Under the pieces are notes generated by a model. That model saw nothing but the letters and a program-made list of their open reading frames with translations, did no database searches and had not been told where the DNA came from. Made by a program: the position numbers and the translations under genes. This document shows, piece by piece, positions 1 through 10,300 of a DNA stretch of 64,000 nucleotides. Each line of letters starts with the position of its first letter. Position 1 is the stretch's first letter. The stretch is from a virus (lineage: Duplodnaviria; Caudoviricetes), in the IMG/VR virus record IMGVR_UViG_2832410175_000003, positions 96,001 to 160,000 of that record; one strand, given 5' to 3'.

Positions 1-270
1 GTACTGATCGGCGACAATTATCAGCCGCGCGAGATGGTCGAGAAAACCGCGAAGATGTTCGGCATTGACGTTGTTCCGATTGTCTGCGAGGGCACCATTC
101 AGGACGGCATCGACTTCGTGACAAGTCATCCGAAGAGCACAATGGGAACCGCCATGATGGAGGGTGTTGTCGGGCGACCGGCGGTTGAGCTGCGAGACCG
201 CTGCGGTAGCCGTGTGATCGTCAAGATCAAATGGAAAGACTTTAAGTATTTTGCCAAAAAGGAAGAATGA
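1..270 (+). CDS. RNA ligase (Rnl2-like), C-terminal part, truncated by window edge
   Basis: Frame open from base 1; nucleotidyltransferase motifs IV/V MEGVVGRP...RVIVKIK. Confidence 0.65.
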   Translation, partial: VLIGDNYQPREMVEKTAKMFGIDVVPIVCEGTIQDGIDFVTSHPKSTMGTAMMEGVVGRPAVELRDRCGSRVIVKIKWKDFKYFAKKEE

Positions 271-476
271 GTATGAGAAATCCGGCTAGAATTGACGAGT
301 TCTGCGACCGTCTGAAGGTCGCGTGGAAGAAACTGCCTGATTGGCGCTTCGGTCAGTTCATGATGAACTGCTTGGGGTCTATGCACGTGCTAGGCTGCGA
401 CCCGTTCTTTTCGGAAGAGCCGGAGATGATCGAGTTCATCGAAAAATACGCCGAAAAATACGGAGTCGGCGATTAA
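267..476 (+). CDS. Phage hypothetical protein
   Basis: ATGA overlap with upstream gene; MRNPARI...WKKLPDWRFGQ resembles small phage proteins. Confidence 0.7.
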   Translation: MSMRNPARIDEFCDRLKVAWKKLPDWRFGQFMMNCLGSMHVLGCDPFFSEEPEMIEFIEKYAEKYGVGD

Positions 477-512
477 ACAACCCAATAGAATTGCGAAAAG
501 AGGGATTTTTTT

Positions 513-1163
513 ATGAGATTAGCGAAGGGAACACGCGCGAAAATTATTCATCCGTTCTTCAATTGTGATCGGATTGGAGACGTTTTCGAGGTTGCAGAAT
601 GTAATTCCGAGTCTATTACGTTGAATCGGTGCTATTCCGATTCAAGATCTTGCCTGCAGGCGTCATACACCCTGCCGACAGACGAGTTCGGCGTTTTCTT
701 CGAGATCATCGGCATGGAAGAGCCGGAAAAAACGTCCGACGACAGGGTAATTACACTCAGTTTATCCGAAGACGAGCTTGATGCTCTCTGGGCGAAGTCC
801 ACTTCCTTCGAGCACTTCAAGAAGAAGCTGAAGCTCGCGGCTAAGAAAAAGGACAAGCCGCCGAAGGGAAAGCGACAGTGGACCCCGTGGACTACTCATC
901 CGCTCACTGGTTTCACCTATTCGGTAAGCCATCCAACCGGGAAGTCGGCAAAGGTAAAGGTCGAGTCCTGCGGTTTTGTCGGTATTGCGTCTTGCAATCC
1001 GGAAGATGTTTGGGATCTTGATCTCGGAATTGAACTGGCTGCCGCACGCGCAGAAGAAAAGAGAGCCAGATTTTTGGCTACAAAGGCTGCAGACAATTAT
1101 TTAGAGAAGATGGATGATCTTCACTTCATTATGAACCGTATTTACGGAAGGGTGGGGAAATAA
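513..1163 (+). CDS. Phage hypothetical protein
   Basis: 216-aa ORF with RBS, TAATG-coupled to next gene. Confidence 0.7.
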   Translation: MRLAKGTRAKIIHPFFNCDRIGDVFEVAECNSESITLNRCYSDSRSCLQASYTLPTDEFGVFFEIIGMEEPEKTSDDRVITLSLSEDELDALWAKSTSFEHFKKKLKLAAKKKDKPPKGKRQWTPWTTHPLTGFTYSVSHPTGKSAKVKVESCGFVGIASCNPEDVWDLDLGIELAAARAEEKRARFLATKAADNYLEKMDDLHFIMNRIYGRVGK

Positions 1164-1780
1164 TGGCGGACAAAACACAGTTTTTAAGCCCGGAGCAGTT
1201 GGCAGATAATCGGAGAGCGTTTCTTCAGGTTCTGCGCGACAACGTAAAGCGTGATGGCCTCGAAGACCTGATTACCTATCTGGAAAACAGTGACTTCTTC
1301 ACGGCTCCATCTTCAACCAGATTCCACGGCAACTACGAAGGCGGCCTCTGCGAGCATTCGTTGAATGTTTATCAGTGCTTGTGTGAACTTCGCAAGAAGT
1401 ATGATGTGGCCGAATACAGCGACGAAACCATCGCTATCACCGCATTAGGGCATGATTTTACAAAAATCCGCGTCTACTCAAAGCAGCCTGCCTTCCGCAA
1501 AGATGCAGATGGTCGCTGGGAGCAGTACATGTCGTATAAGTTCGACGAGGTGTTTCCGGGCGGCCACGGCGAGAAGTCTTGCTTTATCATTCAGCAATTT
1601 ATGGAACTGACACCTGACGAGTATCTGGCAATCCGTTGGCACATGAACGGTTTTGACAGCGCCGTCAAGGGCGGCGACCGGGCAATGAGCGCGGCAGCCG
1701 AGAAGTGCAAGCTCGTGCCGATGCTTCAGCTGGCCGACATGGAAGCCAGCCACATGAAGGAAATTACAGTGGAGCACTGA
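1163..1780 (+). CDS. HD-domain phosphohydrolase
   Basis: FFTAPSS..FHG..GGLCEHS, LGHD, GHGEKS, IRWHM, QLAD motifs. Confidence 0.85.
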   Translation: MADKTQFLSPEQLADNRRAFLQVLRDNVKRDGLEDLITYLENSDFFTAPSSTRFHGNYEGGLCEHSLNVYQCLCELRKKYDVAEYSDETIAITALGHDFTKIRVYSKQPAFRKDADGRWEQYMSYKFDEVFPGGHGEKSCFIIQQFMELTPDEYLAIRWHMNGFDSAVKGGDRAMSAAAEKCKLVPMLQLADMEASHMKEITVEH

Positions 1781-1785
1781 TAAAT

Positions 1786-2821
1786 ATGGTAAAGAAAGAG
1801 ATTTTAGACACCGCTCCTAATAATCAGCTCATTCGGAATACATTACAGAAAGCTGACCTATTACTGGACAGCTATAAAAATCCGGTGTGTTCTATTAGCG
1901 GAGGCTCTGATAGCGATGTAATGCTCGATCTGCTGGAACGAGTTCGGAATGGGCGGAAGATTACGTATGTGTTTTTTGATACGGGTATCGAGTATCAAGC
2001 TACGAAGAATCACCTGAACGATCTGGAAGCCCAGTACGGCATTGAGATTGTACGGCGGAGAGCGAAAAAAACTGTGCCGGTTGGGTGCAAGGAATATGGC
2101 GTGCCGTTTTTATCCAAAATGGACGCAATGTATATCGGACGTTTGCAAAAAAAGAATTTCGATTGGCAAGATGATACGTTCGATGGAATGGCTAAAAAAT
2201 ACTCAAACTGCGTTTCGGCGCTAAAATGGTGGGGCAACGGATACGGTGAGAAAGGGCGCTTTCAGATTTCGACACACGCCGGACTGAAAGAATTTATGTT
2301 GGATACCCCCCCCAACATTTGCAATTAGCAATAAATGTTGCAAGGGCGCAAAAAAGGATACGGCGTACGACTTTTTGAAAGAACAAAATGCTATGCTGAA
2401 CATCGTTGGCGAACGCCGCGCAGAGGGTGGAATGCGAGCGACAAGCCATACGTCTTGTTTCGAGCCACTGCACAGTTCAGGCATTGCGCGGTATATGCCA
2501 CTGTACTTTTGGTCTGACGAGGACAAGCAACAATATAAGGAGCATTACGGCATTGTGTATTCGGACTGTTACGAAGTTTACGGATTAAAGCGCACAGGCT
2601 GCGCCGGTTGTCTGTTTAGCAGTAAGTTCGAGGAAGAGTTGGAGATTATCCAAAAATATGAACCGCAGCTTTATAAAGCAGTGAATAATATTTTCGGAAA
2701 ATCTTATGAATACACTCGAAAATACCGCGAATTCAAGGCTAATTTTAAGGGAACAAGAAAGAAAAACGACACATCTGAAGCCGAAACCTCGGGAGATAAA
2801 TCCGAGCAAACTGACTTTTAA
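1786..2821 (+). pseudogene. PAPS-reductase-like (adenine nucleotide alpha-hydrolase) protein, frameshifted in a C8 tract
   Basis: SISGGSDS PP-loop, FFDTG, GERRAEGGMR, RTGCAGC; removing one C from C8 at 2306-2313 fuses ORFs 1786-2328 and 2375-2821 (DTPPTFAISNKCCKGAKK). Confidence 0.85.
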
Positions 2822-2875
2822 CCAACACGCCCTGCAAGGGGTTATATAAATATCTTATTACGAGGAGTGAACAAC

Positions 2876-3040
2876 ATGGGAATCCCAAAGCACAAACCCA
2901 GCGCGAAGCAGAAGTCTCGCGCAAAGTATCAGAGCGAGAACCGTCTCGCAAAGAATAAGGAGCGCCGCCAGAAGAAGCACGAGAAGCGTCTCGAGTATTT
3001 CAAGAAGCGCCGCGAAAAGAAGCAGGAGGCAGCTAAGTGA
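2876..3040 (+). CDS. 54-aa highly basic small protein (absent from ORF track)
   Basis: GAGGAG RBS at 2862-2867; MGIPKHKPSAKQKSRAK...KKQEAAK; GTGA overlap with next gene. Confidence 0.75.
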   Translation: MGIPKHKPSAKQKSRAKYQSENRLAKNKERRQKKHEKRLEYFKKRREKKQEAAK

Positions 3041-3714
3041 GCGAAGCAACAAAGAGCATTTTCCAGACGCTGTATGATGCAGATGTCACCGGAAAGGTAA
3101 AGAAGAAGAACGGCTTGTCGTACATCAGCTGGGCAGCTGCGTGGGCAGAGGTCAAGAAGCGTTATCCTGACGCGACCTATCATGTCTACACCTGCCAGCC
3201 CGACCCGTATGAGGAAACCATTACGGAGTATGAGGACGGCGTTCCGGTTATGTCCCGCACTGTCAAGCGCACGCCGCAGCCGCGTCCGTGGTTTGACGAC
3301 GGAAAGAGCGCATGGGTTGAAGTCAGCGTGACCATCAATGGTCAGGAGGCGAAGGAAACCTATGCCATCATGGACTTCAAGAACAACGCTGTGAAGGCAG
3401 ATCAGGTCACCTCCACCGACGCCAACAAGGCAAAGATGCGTGCGCTGGCTAAGGCTTGTGCACAGCACGGCCTCGGATTATTTATCTACGAGGGCGAGGA
3501 CATGCCGGAAGGCGTCAAAAAGGAACGTACCGGTCTGGCCGACGCTCGTAAGAAGGTCGTTTCCGCCGCGCAGGCAGCCGTTAAGAAGGGCGTTGACCGC
3601 GCCAAGATTTACGCGCTGATTGCTGAGAAGAACAACGGCAACGATTCGCCGACCGAAATCCCGACCATCGCACTCTGCACCGAAATCACCACCGCCATTA
3701 AGGCGATGAAGTAA
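3037..3714 (+). CDS. Single-strand annealing recombinase (Sak/DUF1071, Rad52-like)
   Basis: KKNGLSYISWAAAW and KAKMRALAKACAQHGLGLFIYEGED motifs; directly upstream of SSB. Confidence 0.85.
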   Translation: MSEATKSIFQTLYDADVTGKVKKKNGLSYISWAAAWAEVKKRYPDATYHVYTCQPDPYEETITEYEDGVPVMSRTVKRTPQPRPWFDDGKSAWVEVSVTINGQEAKETYAIMDFKNNAVKADQVTSTDANKAKMRALAKACAQHGLGLFIYEGEDMPEGVKKERTGLADARKKVVSAAQAAVKKGVDRAKIYALIAEKNNGNDSPTEIPTIALCTEITTAIKAMK

Positions 3715-3737
3715 AACACCAAGAAGGAGATATAAAT

Positions 3738-4139
3738 TTGAACAAGATCGTAATTATTGGCCGCCTGACTCGCGACCCGGAGCTCAAGTCCACCAACGCA
3801 GGCACTTCCGTATGCAACTTCTCTGTTGCCGTAGACCGTACTTACCGTGACAAGGAAGGCAATCGCCCGACCGACTTTTTCGACATTTCCGTTTTCGGCG
3901 CAACCGCTGAGTTCGTGTCCAAGTATTTCAAGAAGGGCAGCTCTATCGCTGTTTCCGGTGCTATGGAGTCCCGCAAGTTTGTGGACAAGGACGGTAACAA
4001 CCGCATTGCTTGGTCGCTCCATGCCGACGAAGTAAATTTCTGCGGCAGTAAGTCCGAGAACAACGGCGGCAACCAGAAGCCGAGTATTGACGAGGGCTAC
4101 TCCGGCGACCCGGTTGAGTCCGACGACGTACTGTTTTAA
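3738..4139 (+). CDS. ssb: Single-stranded DNA-binding protein
   Basis: NKIVIIGRLTRDPELK OB fold, acidic tail DDVLF; TTG start. Confidence 0.95.
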   Translation: MNKIVIIGRLTRDPELKSTNAGTSVCNFSVAVDRTYRDKEGNRPTDFFDISVFGATAEFVSKYFKKGSSIAVSGAMESRKFVDKDGNNRIAWSLHADEVNFCGSKSENNGGNQKPSIDEGYSGDPVESDDVLF

Positions 4140-5006
4140 GTGAGCGAATTCACCGAAAAGCTGAAGAATAGAGTCTGGAGCTGGTCTTCTGCGGCGCAAG
4201 CGCACGAATGCCCCTACGGCTTCTATCTTCAGCGGCTCGCTGAGCCGAGGATTAAACAGGACGAAAACGTATTCGCCCAGTATGGCAGCCAGATGCACGA
4301 ATGGCTCGAACTGGTATTCAAAGGTATCATGCAGCCGGAGGAGCTTCTGGAACTGTATCTCACCGACTACGAATCAAAAATAACGCTCAAGTGGCCGTTT
4401 AACCGCTATGTAGACCTTGAGAAATCCTACTATGAGGACGGTCTCGCGTTCGCCCGTCATTTTAAGGGACTCTCGCCGAACTATGAAGTCATCGGTGTAG
4501 AGCTTGAGATGAAGGCGGAAATCGAGGGTTACAAGGTCATCGGTTATATCGACCTGCTGGTCAAGAACAAAAAGACCGGCGAGTACATTATCGTAGACCA
4601 TAAGAGTAAGAAGAAGTTCGCCAGCAAAGCAGAGGAGAAGAAGTACCGTAAACAGCTTGAGTTCTACGGTTATCTTGTCCATGAGAAGATGGGCGTCTGG
4701 CCGGCTTATACAGACCTCGACCTGTTTCGAGGGCAGAAGCATTACATCGAGCCTTGCACAGCAGAGGACTGCATCGCGGCCAAGGATTACTTCATTGAGT
4801 CTGTAAAGACCGCCTGCGAGACCGAAGAGTGGCTGGACAAGCATTCCATCAAGGCGCGTGAGAACTTCAAATCTGCCAAGGACGCGAAAAAGGCTGGAAA
4901 GGCTGACTTCTTCTGCACTGAAATCTGCTCCGTGCGTTCTCATTGCCCGATGTCCTCCGCTTATGTGAAACCGAAGAAAGAGAAAAAAAGTAAGAAAGCA
5001 GGTTAA
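4140..5006 (+). CDS. PD-(D/E)XK exonuclease (RecB/Cas4-like, Cys cluster)
   Basis: SWSS..CP, GYIDLL, IVDHKS, QLEFY, C-terminal CxxxCxxxxxC. Confidence 0.85.
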   Translation: MSEFTEKLKNRVWSWSSAAQAHECPYGFYLQRLAEPRIKQDENVFAQYGSQMHEWLELVFKGIMQPEELLELYLTDYESKITLKWPFNRYVDLEKSYYEDGLAFARHFKGLSPNYEVIGVELEMKAEIEGYKVIGYIDLLVKNKKTGEYIIVDHKSKKKFASKAEEKKYRKQLEFYGYLVHEKMGVWPAYTDLDLFRGQKHYIEPCTAEDCIAAKDYFIESVKTACETEEWLDKHSIKARENFKSAKDAKKAGKADFFCTEICSVRSHCPMSSAYVKPKKEKKSKKAG

Positions 5007-5008
5007 AT

Positions 5009-6373
5009 TTGAACGTAAACGTAAACGACATCAAGAGCACAGAAAGCGAGGCCGGCGTTATTTCAACATTGTTCATTCATCCGGAATTCTGCTTCCATTC
5101 GGAAAACTTAAAGCCCCGCCATTTTACAGATCCGGAGAACGCCTGCCTCTATTATGCGATTACGGAACTTGCGAAGAACAACGTCGAAAAGGTTGATCCT
5201 TACAACCTTATGAACGTTCTAAATTCCAAGGAAAACATGAAAAAGTGGGCTGAAGAGTTCACTCCCGGCAAACTGAACGAGCTGATGGAGATGAGCCGTA
5301 TGGTTGCCCGCAGCTCGGTTGCTGAGTATATGCTTGCGGTCAACAACGTGTTGGATAAAGCGTTCCGGCGCGACGCTTATAAGAAGCTCGCCGAGTGCCA
5401 GAACCTTTGCTTCAGCGAGAACGAAGACCATATCGAGGAAAAGATCTATAACATTCTGGACGGCGTGCTCATGGATTATTCTTCGACCAACGAACTACCG
5501 GCTTATAAGGACGTCGTTGACGAACTCTGGCAGGAAATCGTAGACCGCCAGAATAATGGAATGGCCGGCGTGCCGTTTAAGTTCCCGGCGCTGAACAACT
5601 ACGTTCAGCTCGAAGCAGGCGAATTAGTGATCGTTGGTGCGAATGCTAAGCAGGGTAAAAGTATGTTTTTATTGAACGAAGCGGTTGACCTTTTGAAGCG
5701 AGACTACAGCGTTCTGTATCTGGACAGCGAGCTGAGCTCTCGAATGTTCACGCAACGCCTTATGTCGAATCTAACCGGCATCGAATACAGTCGCATTTGT
5801 TCCGGTCAATATACTGCCGAAGAGAATGACCGTCTTGAGCGGGCGAGAAGCTGGCTCAAAACCAGAAAGTTCACCCACAAGTATATGCCGATTTTTGACC
5901 CGAATGGAATTTACGCAGCCGCGAAGAAGTCTATTCATTCGCAGGGGACGCAGGTTCTGATAATCGATTACTTTAAGGGCGGCGGAAGCGGTGCTGGTGG
6001 AGGCGGCGTCGGTTCCGATGACGCATTCGCCACATATCAGCAGCTCGGACGTCTGGTCGATATGGTCAAGAATGTTCTTTGCGGTGACATGGGACTGATT
6101 GGTCTCGGAGCCGCGCAGACAACTTCAACTGGCAAACTGGCCGATAGCGCAAAGATTGCTCGAAACGCCTCTACGATTCTCACCATTGAGAACAAAACCC
6201 CGCAGGAGATCAGCCAAGACGGCATTGAATGCGGAAACAAGAAGCTCCGCGTAGTTCTAAACCGCAACGGCGAACAGATGTCCTCTGATGAGTATATCGA
6301 CCTGCAGTTCAACGGCAACCTTGTTTCCTACAAACAGGCTGCCAAACAGCACGACCCAAACGCCCCATATTAA
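5009..6373 (+). CDS. dnaB: Replicative DnaB-family helicase
   Basis: Walker A GANAKQGKS, LDSEL, Walker B IIDY, LNRNG. Confidence 0.9.
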   Translation: MNVNVNDIKSTESEAGVISTLFIHPEFCFHSENLKPRHFTDPENACLYYAITELAKNNVEKVDPYNLMNVLNSKENMKKWAEEFTPGKLNELMEMSRMVARSSVAEYMLAVNNVLDKAFRRDAYKKLAECQNLCFSENEDHIEEKIYNILDGVLMDYSSTNELPAYKDVVDELWQEIVDRQNNGMAGVPFKFPALNNYVQLEAGELVIVGANAKQGKSMFLLNEAVDLLKRDYSVLYLDSELSSRMFTQRLMSNLTGIEYSRICSGQYTAEENDRLERARSWLKTRKFTHKYMPIFDPNGIYAAAKKSIHSQGTQVLIIDYFKGGGSGAGGGGVGSDDAFATYQQLGRLVDMVKNVLCGDMGLIGLGAAQTTSTGKLADSAKIARNASTILTIENKTPQEISQDGIECGNKKLRVVLNRNGEQMSSDEYIDLQFNGNLVSYKQAAKQHDPNAPY

Positions 6374-6388
6374 AGGTAAGGAGTAACT

Positions 6389-7378
6389 ATGGAAATCAGA
6401 GATGTGGTAGAACAAATTGATATCGTGGACTACATCTCCCAGTACCTCGAGGTCGAGCGGCGCAGCGAGAACGAATACGTCGCACTGTGTCCCTTCCATG
6501 ACGAGAACACACCATCCTTCACGATTACGCGCTCCAAAGGGTTGTATTACTGCTTCGGCTGCGGAGCTCGCGGCGATGTTGCCGATTTTGAGGTGCTGTA
6601 CAACCATGTATCTCTGCGAGAAGCGGTCAAGCGACTCAAAGCCTACGCCGGAATCACAGAGGGTGTGTCACTGCCGTCTACCCATCTGGCGGCTGTACAG
6701 GCCCTCAAGAAGTACGCGCCACGAAAAGAGCAGAAAAATGTGTGTGAACCACACAAAATCCTAGGGGAAAATGTGATGGAACAGTACGAATGGAGACCGG
6801 AGAAGTTCCAGTCTTGGCTCGATGAGGGTATCCCTCTCGACCAGATGAAGCGATTCGGCTACCGCTATGATGCGCTGTCAAACCGTATTGTTCACCCGAT
6901 CCGATTGCCAGACGGCCGGATTTTCAGTATCTGCGGCCGCACACTCGACCCTGATTTTAAGGAGAAAAAACTCCGCAAGTACACCTATCTCGTAAAGCTC
7001 GGAGCGCTCGACACGCTGTTCGGGCTTTACGAAAACCGCGAAGCAATCCTCCGGAAGAAAGAGGTCATCCTGTTTGAGGGCGCGAAGTCTGTACTCAAGG
7101 CGGCGGGCTACGGTTTCGATAACTGCTGTGCCGTACTGACCTCGCACATCAACCCTTACCAGACCAAGATTCTCCTGCAACTGGGTGTCCGTATTGTCAT
7201 CGCATTCGATGAGGAGGTTGACCCGCGGCAAGATGGAGAAATCAAAAAGCTGAAACGCTTTTGCAGGGTGGATTGGGTTCGTAACCGTGACAACCTGTTG
7301 GGCGAAAAGATGGCTCCCGTAGATAATGGAGCGGAAGTTTGGAATGAATTGTATCAGCGAAGGGAGCGGCTATCATAA
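6389..7378 (+). CDS. dnaG: DNA primase (CHC2 zinc finger plus TOPRIM)
   Basis: CPFHDENTPSF...CFGCG, LFEGAKS, IAFDEEVD. Confidence 0.92.
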   Translation: MEIRDVVEQIDIVDYISQYLEVERRSENEYVALCPFHDENTPSFTITRSKGLYYCFGCGARGDVADFEVLYNHVSLREAVKRLKAYAGITEGVSLPSTHLAAVQALKKYAPRKEQKNVCEPHKILGENVMEQYEWRPEKFQSWLDEGIPLDQMKRFGYRYDALSNRIVHPIRLPDGRIFSICGRTLDPDFKEKKLRKYTYLVKLGALDTLFGLYENREAILRKKEVILFEGAKSVLKAAGYGFDNCCAVLTSHINPYQTKILLQLGVRIVIAFDEEVDPRQDGEIKKLKRFCRVDWVRNRDNLLGEKMAPVDNGAEVWNELYQRRERLS

Positions 7379-10300
7379 TTTTTCAGAACTACCACAAACA
7401 CACAACCTACAGTAACCCTCGCGTCAGCGACTCGGTCGTGACCTACGAGGATTACGCCAAACGTGCCGTCGAGCTCGGACATTCCATTCTGTCCAGCTGC
7501 GAGCATGGCTGGCAGGGGAGATATATCGAGTGCTACGACCTCGCAAAGCAGTACGGTCTGAAGTTCCTGTTCGCCGCTGAGGCTTACTGGGTCTGGGATC
7601 GTCACGAGGAAGACCGTTCCAACTGTCATATTTGGGTTGGCGCGAAGAACGAAAACGGCCGCGAATGGATTAACGAGGTTCTCAGTCAGGCGAACGAGGA
7701 TGGTTTCTACTACCAGCCGCGACTGGATGAAGAGCTTCTCGACCTGCTTCCGGCGGGCGACGTTTGGATCACAACTGCCTGTGTTGCCGGATGGAAGTAT
7801 CTCGGCGAAGAAGAAGAACGGCTCAAGGCTCTATGGAAGAAGCTGTACGACAAACATGGTGACAACTTCATGTTTGAGGTGCAGTACCACCCCTCTGAAC
7901 GGCAGAAAGAGCTGAACCGTTACATTCTGAATCTGCGAAAAGAGATTCCCGCACCGATTATCATGGGCTGCGACAGCCACTACATCGAGGAAAACGGCGC
8001 AGAACTCCGCTCCGACTTTCTTCTTTCCAAAGAAGACCGCAAGGCTTACGATGACGAGGAAGAATGGTTCATGGATTACCCGGATGGCGACACTGCCGTC
8101 CGACGCTTCCGCGAGCAGGGTGTCTTGACAGAAGCTGAGATCACGGAGGCAATCGACCGGACAAACTGTTTCCTCGAAGTTGAGGAGTACGAGTGCGATA
8201 TCTTCGACGACAGCCTGAAGCTGTTCTCACTCCACCCAGATTGGACACAAGAGCAGAAAAATGCCGAGTATCTTCGTTTGGTTGATGAAGGCTGGCAGAA
8301 CTACAAGGCCGAGGTTGCCACGGATCTGCTTTCAAAATATGAAAAAGAGATCAAATCCGAAACCGACACGGTTGTCGAGTGCCACATGGCAGACTACTTC
8401 ATTGATAATTACCACGTCATCAGGCGAGGAAAAGAGCTCGGCGGCCATTTGACTAATACTGGTCGAGGAAGCGCGGTTAGTTTCTTTACCAACAAGCTGC
8501 TCGGATTTACTGAGGTTGACCGAATCGCAGCCAAGGTAAAGATGTATCCTGAACGCTTTATGACCGCAACTCGAATCCTCGAAACCCACAGTTTGCCGGA
8601 TATTGACTTCAATGTAGCTGAACAGGATATCTTCGCAGAAGGTCAGGCTCAGGTCTGCGGCCGTGACCATGCGGTTCAGATGCTTGCTTACGGCACGCAA
8701 AAAGCGTCAGCTGCGTGGAAGATGTTTGCGAAGTCACAGAATATCGACTTTGCTACGGCGAATGAAGTGTCCGCCCAGATTAAACGATATGAGAACAAGC
8801 TCCATACCGTTGATGAGGAAGAGAAGGACACCATCGACATCATGGACTACATCGACAAGCGATTCCATGACGTTTACCTCCGTTCGACCGAGTATCAGGG
8901 CATCATCACGAGCTGGTCCCCAGCACCGTGCGCGTTCCTGTTATATCAGGGCAGTATTCGCCGCAAGATTGGTCTTGTAAAGATCAAAGACAGAATCTGC
9001 TGCGCAATGGATGGTCACTGGGCGGAGAAGAATCACTTCCTGAAGAATGACTTGCTCCGTGTTGCCGTGGTTGACCTTATCAATAAAGGGTACACTCGTG
9101 CCGGTCTTAAAGTCCCGACCGTGAATGAACTGCTCGCTATGTGCCCGTCGGAAGACCCCGTGTGGGATATTTACCGCAAGGGCTGTACACTCGGTATCAA
9201 TCAGGTTGAGCAGCCGGGAACTGCCAGCCGAGTAGGCGTTTACGCGCCGACCAATATTTCCGAGCTTTGCGCGTTCATCGCCGCAATTCGCCCGGGATTT
9301 AAGTCAATGTATAAGATTTTCGAATCTCGACAGGACTTTTCGTATGACGTTAAGCCGTTCGACGACCTGCTTCGCACGGAAGAGCTACCGCAGTCGTTCT
9401 GCTTGTATCAGGAACAACAGATGGCAGTGCTGAACTACGCCGGCTTTCCGATGTCAGAATGTTACGCGGCGATTAAGAACATTGCTAAGAAACGTAAAGA
9501 GAAAGTTCTTGCTTATCATGAGCGATTTATCAACGCATTCTCAAAACGACTGGTCGAACAGGAAAACATCAATAAAACTGATGCCGCTGAAAAGGCTAAA
9601 AATGTTTGGAAAATCATCGAAGATGCTGCCCAGTATGCCTTTAATAGCAGTCATTCGTACAGTGTTTCTTTGGACTCCCTTTACGGTGCATGGCTCAAAC
9701 AGCATCATCCTCTCGCGTTCTATGAAACCTTCATGCGTATCATGGACGAGAAGGGAGACAAGGACAAGCTCGCCGCCGCCAAGGATGAAGCCGAAAGCTA
9801 CTTTAATATCAAGTTCCCGCCGTTCAAATTTGGTCAGGATAACCGAAAGGTAACCGCAGACGAAGAGAACAACGCAATCAGCAACGCGCTGACCTCTATC
9901 AAGGGATTCAACAAGGCTGCCGCCGTTGCTCTTTATGAGCTCGGGCAGGAGCCGCCGAAGTACCTTTCCGACGTTCTTCTGGCTCTCCGACCAAAGAGCA
10001 TTATGAAGTCCACCACCGAGCCTCTGGCTCAAATCAGCTACTTCTCAAGCTACGGCAACGACCGCGAGGTTCTAAACATCATCGCTCTGTGCGAGGAGTT
10101 CGGATACGGTGCAAAAGCATCCATGCCGCGAGAGCGCGTTGATAACAGCTTTCTGGCTGATATTGTACCGAAGTACGCCGACGGTCTCAAGAAGGACGGC
10201 CAGCCAGCGACAAGATATACGTTCACGAGCCTGCAGATGAGTACCTTGAAAGACGAAAAAAAGCGGCTCGCGGCCGCTCTTAAAAAGAACCCAACGCCGG

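Noticed and set aside
4140-5006. Cas4 as evidence of a CRISPR system
   Set aside because: Stand-alone phage PD-(D/E)XK exonuclease in an SSAP-SSB context
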